25,667 bases of DNA, taken from a virus. Taxonomy: Duplodnaviria > Caudoviricetes. Position 1 is the stretch's first letter; every line of letters begins with the position of its first letter. Shown one piece after another: positions 24,996 to 25,667 of this stretch. Position numbers and translations under genes: made by a program. The notes beneath the pieces were generated by a model. The model did not search any database. It was not told the origin of the DNA and worked only from the letters and a program-made list of their open reading frames with translations. The stretch lies in the IMG/VR virus record IMGVR_UViG_3300020045_009155, positions 1 to 25,667 of that record; one strand, given 5' to 3'.

Positions 24996-25393
24996 GCTGC
25001 GATGTAGGTATATTGTTGAATAATTCGGTGCAGTTCGGGCGTTTCTGAAAAGCCCTGTATTTCGCGTTCAAACTGAATGTGCCTGATTGTTTCCGTGCCG
25101 CCGCCGTTTAGGGTTACGGTTCCGTTGTAATAATCCAGCGCCGCGCGTACAGCGTCGGCAACCGTTCCGGCGCTCGTTGGCGTCACGCCGTATATGTCTA
25201 CCTGAACCTGAACAATGTCAAGGTTTGAGGCTTGCGTTTTCGTGTTGTTTGGCCGGACGTTGCTAACGTTTACGGCTGCGCATGGGTAAGCGGAATCTTG
25301 GAGAATGACAGCCGGATACACCCGCCCTGCGAGCAAGGCGTTTGCCGCAACATTGGCGGCAATGATTTTTATGATTGGCCCCGATACGTTCAT
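24992..25393 (-). CDS. Tail terminator/completion protein (DUF3168-like)
   Basis: GRVYP......YP, VQVDIYG, VADAVRAALD; directly upstream of the tube region. Confidence 0.85.
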   Translation of the reverse strand: MNVSGPIIKIIAANVAANALLAGRVYPAVILQDSAYPCAAVNVSNVRPNNTKTQASNLDIVQVQVDIYGVTPTSAGTVADAVRAALDYYNGTVTLNGGGTETIRHIQFEREIQGFSETPELHRIIQQYTYIAA

Positions 25394-25667
25394 ACAGATA
25401 CGCTTTTCACATATTTTTCAATCGCTTTTTGCAGTTCATCCACGGCAATACGCCCAACCTGTGAACCGACGGCGGCAACCGACGGCCCAATAAAAGGACG
25501 CGGTGGTATGCCTGCGTTGGGCGCTCCAAACTCCTGCCATACGGCGTAGTATCCATCCGTCCGGCTGCCGGAAAAAGTACCCGTACTGCCTTCTTTGTCA
25601 AGTTTCGGCCCGACAAAAACGGCATTTTTAGCCTTCCTGAATTTCAACACCTGAAATGACCTTTCAA
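25390..25667 (-). CDS. HK97-gp10 family head-tail protein, 5'-truncated by the window edge
   Basis: YYAVWQEFG....PPRPFIGP; frame is open to the window end. Confidence 0.85.
   Translation of the reverse strand, partial: ERSFQVLKFRKAKNAVFVGPKLDKEGSTGTFSGSRTDGYYAVWQEFGAPNAGIPPRPFIGPSVAAVGSQVGRIAVDELQKAIEKYVKSVSV

Noticed and set aside
1-25667. Stop-codon reassignment; integrase or att site
   Set aside because: Genes are intact and tightly packed under the standard code, and no recombinase motif was recognised, so lifestyle cannot be determined from this window.

Overview
This window is a segment of a long-tailed dsDNA (siphovirus-like) phage or prophage. The host is probably a Bacteroidota, inferred from TAnnTTTG promoters, A-rich starts without Shine-Dalgarno sequences, and signal peptides followed by Gln. 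From left to right: (1) 1-1265 is an inverted, diverged copy of 3415-3853 carrying an extra C5 DNA methyltransferase that codes in two overlapping frames. (2) 1213-10203 is a leftward early/replication operon with GIY-YIG-like, two paralogous ABA-sandwich-like, RuvC-like, DnaB helicase, amino-MTase, replication initiator (with iterons), NinB-like and SSB-like genes. (3) 10204-11170 is a divergent control region holding a stand-alone M15A peptidase, a candidate sRNA and a small putative regulator. (4) 11169-15005 is a rightward block of mostly membrane proteins plus an HNH-AP2 endonuclease. (5) 15107-25667 is a leftward late operon with HK97-gp10, tail terminator, tail tube, G/GT chaperones with a -1 frameshift, tape measure, tail proteins, two signal-peptide proteins and holin-like genes. 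The most interesting signals are two P4-CI/P1-c4-like structured RNA leaders (one in front of the replication operon), the dual-frame MTase, tail-locus proteins with Sec signal peptides, paralogs with swapped variable segments, and a possible anti-start-codon sRNA. No integrase, classical CI repressor, tRNA or CRISPR array was seen. All calls were made by eye, without database searches.
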